Shown: in pieces, positions 62,712 through 64,000 of the stretch
Layout: each line of letters begins with the position of its first letter
Position numbering within the stretch: the stretch's first letter is position 1
Translations under genes and position numbers: made by a program
DNA from: Sarea resinae
Taxonomy: Eukaryota
Direction of reading: 5' to 3'
DNA: 64,000 nucleotides
NCBI GenBank assembly: GCA_026026165.1
Contig: JAPEUD010000014.1
Coordinates: 310,001 to 374,000, forward strand
Notes under the pieces: model-generated
Databases searched by the model: none
The model's input: only the letters and a program-made list of their open reading frames with translations
Told to the model about the DNA's origin: nothing

Positions 62712-64000
62712 TCATCTTCTGCTCTTCGCCGATGTGGAAGATCCTGCCGGGATTTCACTTCCGCTCCCTCTTAGCGAGCCCTTGGACACGCCGCTGTTAT
62801 GCTTCAATTCTGTATCGACGTCCCAGCTTTCAAGAAAGCTCCCAACGTCATCAATCATAGCGGAAAGGAAGGCTTCGTCGACCTTGGCCTGTCCGTCTTG
62901 CTGGTGACTCTCTCCCAAGGTCCCTTGAGGTGTGATGGAAGCCGGTGGCAATGAATAAACAGTCTTACTTGCTGGCTTTCTCAAAGCGCTTTTCAGACTC
63001 CGCCCCGCCTCTTTTCCACTGCCCATAGAGTCAGGGCTCGTTTCCATGTCGAGTTCAGGTCCTTTAAACCCCCCATCATCTAAGGCAGCTCTCTCCTGGC
63101 CTGCCACTTCTACCGCGGCCGCGAAGCTCGCCCTCTTCCTAGTCTCGGGTTCCTTCTTCACCGTACTGACAGCAAACGGCGATGCCGCATTCAACATATC
63201 CTGGGTGCTTAAGAGATCTTCGTGGTTGACTGTGAAAGAGACCTTGACTGACTCGACAGATGGCGTGCGAAAGGTCCGGAAGGGAGTGATAGCGGTTGGA
63301 GAGCCTTGGCTAACGCGGGGTGGTGTGCTCAAAGCAGGGCTATGAGGATGATGTATTGTTGGAGATAGGATAGATGAGTTTTTCAAAGGCGACACGATAT
63401 CGGCCTGAAACTCGCTCTGGGCTTTCAAGATTGCAGCTTGCGTAGAGAGATAGGTGTCATATTCCTCCTCCGCCGTCAAGGCGTATGCCTTTGAATCTTG
63501 GCGATCTGGAACCGTAGAACTAACAGCGGTAGAAGGATTATGGAGGATAAGGTCAGCTTCCAAGATCCTATCTGAGCCTTTGCTTGATGGAAGCAGCCGA
63601 GGTGGGTCTTGCGATGCTGGCGAGGCCTCTGGCTGCGGCTTAGTGTACCCGTCGTCCTTTCTCCGACCGACATCCACATCTGTGCCAGTATTCTGCCCGT
63701 TTGATTTTACTGCATCAGAAGGAATGCTGATATGAGAGGTATCTCCAGACCAGTTCTGATTGGCTCTTCTTCGAGAATGTTTCTTCGCAATCTCCTTGTT
63801 CTTTGTGACTGGAAGTAGTACGTCCCTCTCCTGAGGGGTCAAAGACCCTGGGGATCTCGTGACCCTCCTATAGTCAAAGGCAGGCAAATTTGTCGAGGAA
63901 GGTAGTGTATGGAAAGAACCTCGACGATGAGTCGTAGCAACGTGGTTCGGGTCAAGAGACTCTTGCGGACCAGGTACTGGCTGCGATATTGAGGCTCTGG
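62712..64000 (-). CDS. Hypothetical S/P-rich disordered protein, 3' part (gene enters from the right edge)
   Basis: Open frame of at least 391 codons with short motif-like islands (STQAAILKAQSEFQ, ITPFRTF, STQDMLNAASPFAVSTVKK, SFLESWDVD). Confidence 0.7.
   Translation of the reverse strand, partial: RASISQPVPGPQESLDPNHVATTHRRGSFHTLPSSTNLPAFDYRRVTRSPGSLTPQERDVLLPVTKNKEIAKKHSRRRANQNWSGDTSHISIPSDAVKSNGQNTGTDVDVGRRKDDGYTKPQPEASPASQDPPRLLPSSKGSDRILEADLILHNPSTAVSSTVPDRQDSKAYALTAEEEYDTYLSTQAAILKAQSEFQADIVSPLKNSSILSPTIHHPHSPALSTPPRVSQGSPTAITPFRTFRTPSVESVKVSFTVNHEDLLSTQDMLNAASPFAVSTVKKEPETRKRASFAAAVEVAGQERAALDDGGFKGPELDMETSPDSMGSGKEAGRSLKSALRKPASKTVYSLPPASITPQGTLGESHQQDGQAKVDEAFLSAMIDDVGSFLESWDVDTELKHNSGVSKGSLRGSGSEIPAGSSTSAKSRR

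Overview
Gene-dense window of a filamentous ascomycete (Pezizomycotina) genome, judged from short GT-AG introns with CTRAC branch sites and fungal-type orthologs. I can support about 25 protein-coding genes, two of them truncated by the window edges, and one intron-containing tRNA-Leu(UAG). Most are conserved housekeeping genes: QNG1, ORC6, CIA30, peroxisomal 2-hydroxyacyl-CoA lyase, HD hydrolase, SSP120, TYW2, amidase, ELC1, SEN54, arrestin-like, PPIL3-type cyclophilin, ZPR1, DBR1, DAD1, RHO4, LCB3-like phosphatase and KCS1. The unusual content is (i) an accessory-looking locus at 1-6.6 kb with a CorA-like gene, a spliced 64-aa microprotein gene and a divergent intron-rich amino-acid permease, and (ii) a large non-RD protein kinase with a beta-propeller-like C-terminus (22.9-26.5 kb) whose upstream region carries a cluster of palindromes. 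Also noted: same-orientation CTTATC/CTCATC motifs upstream of tRNA/RNA-metabolism genes, a 79-nt structured tRNA intron, an isolated 78-aa ORF in a gene-poor stretch, and an AT/TpA-rich microsatellite island that may be RIP-mutated. All calls come from reading the sequence and recalled family motifs; no database searches were run.
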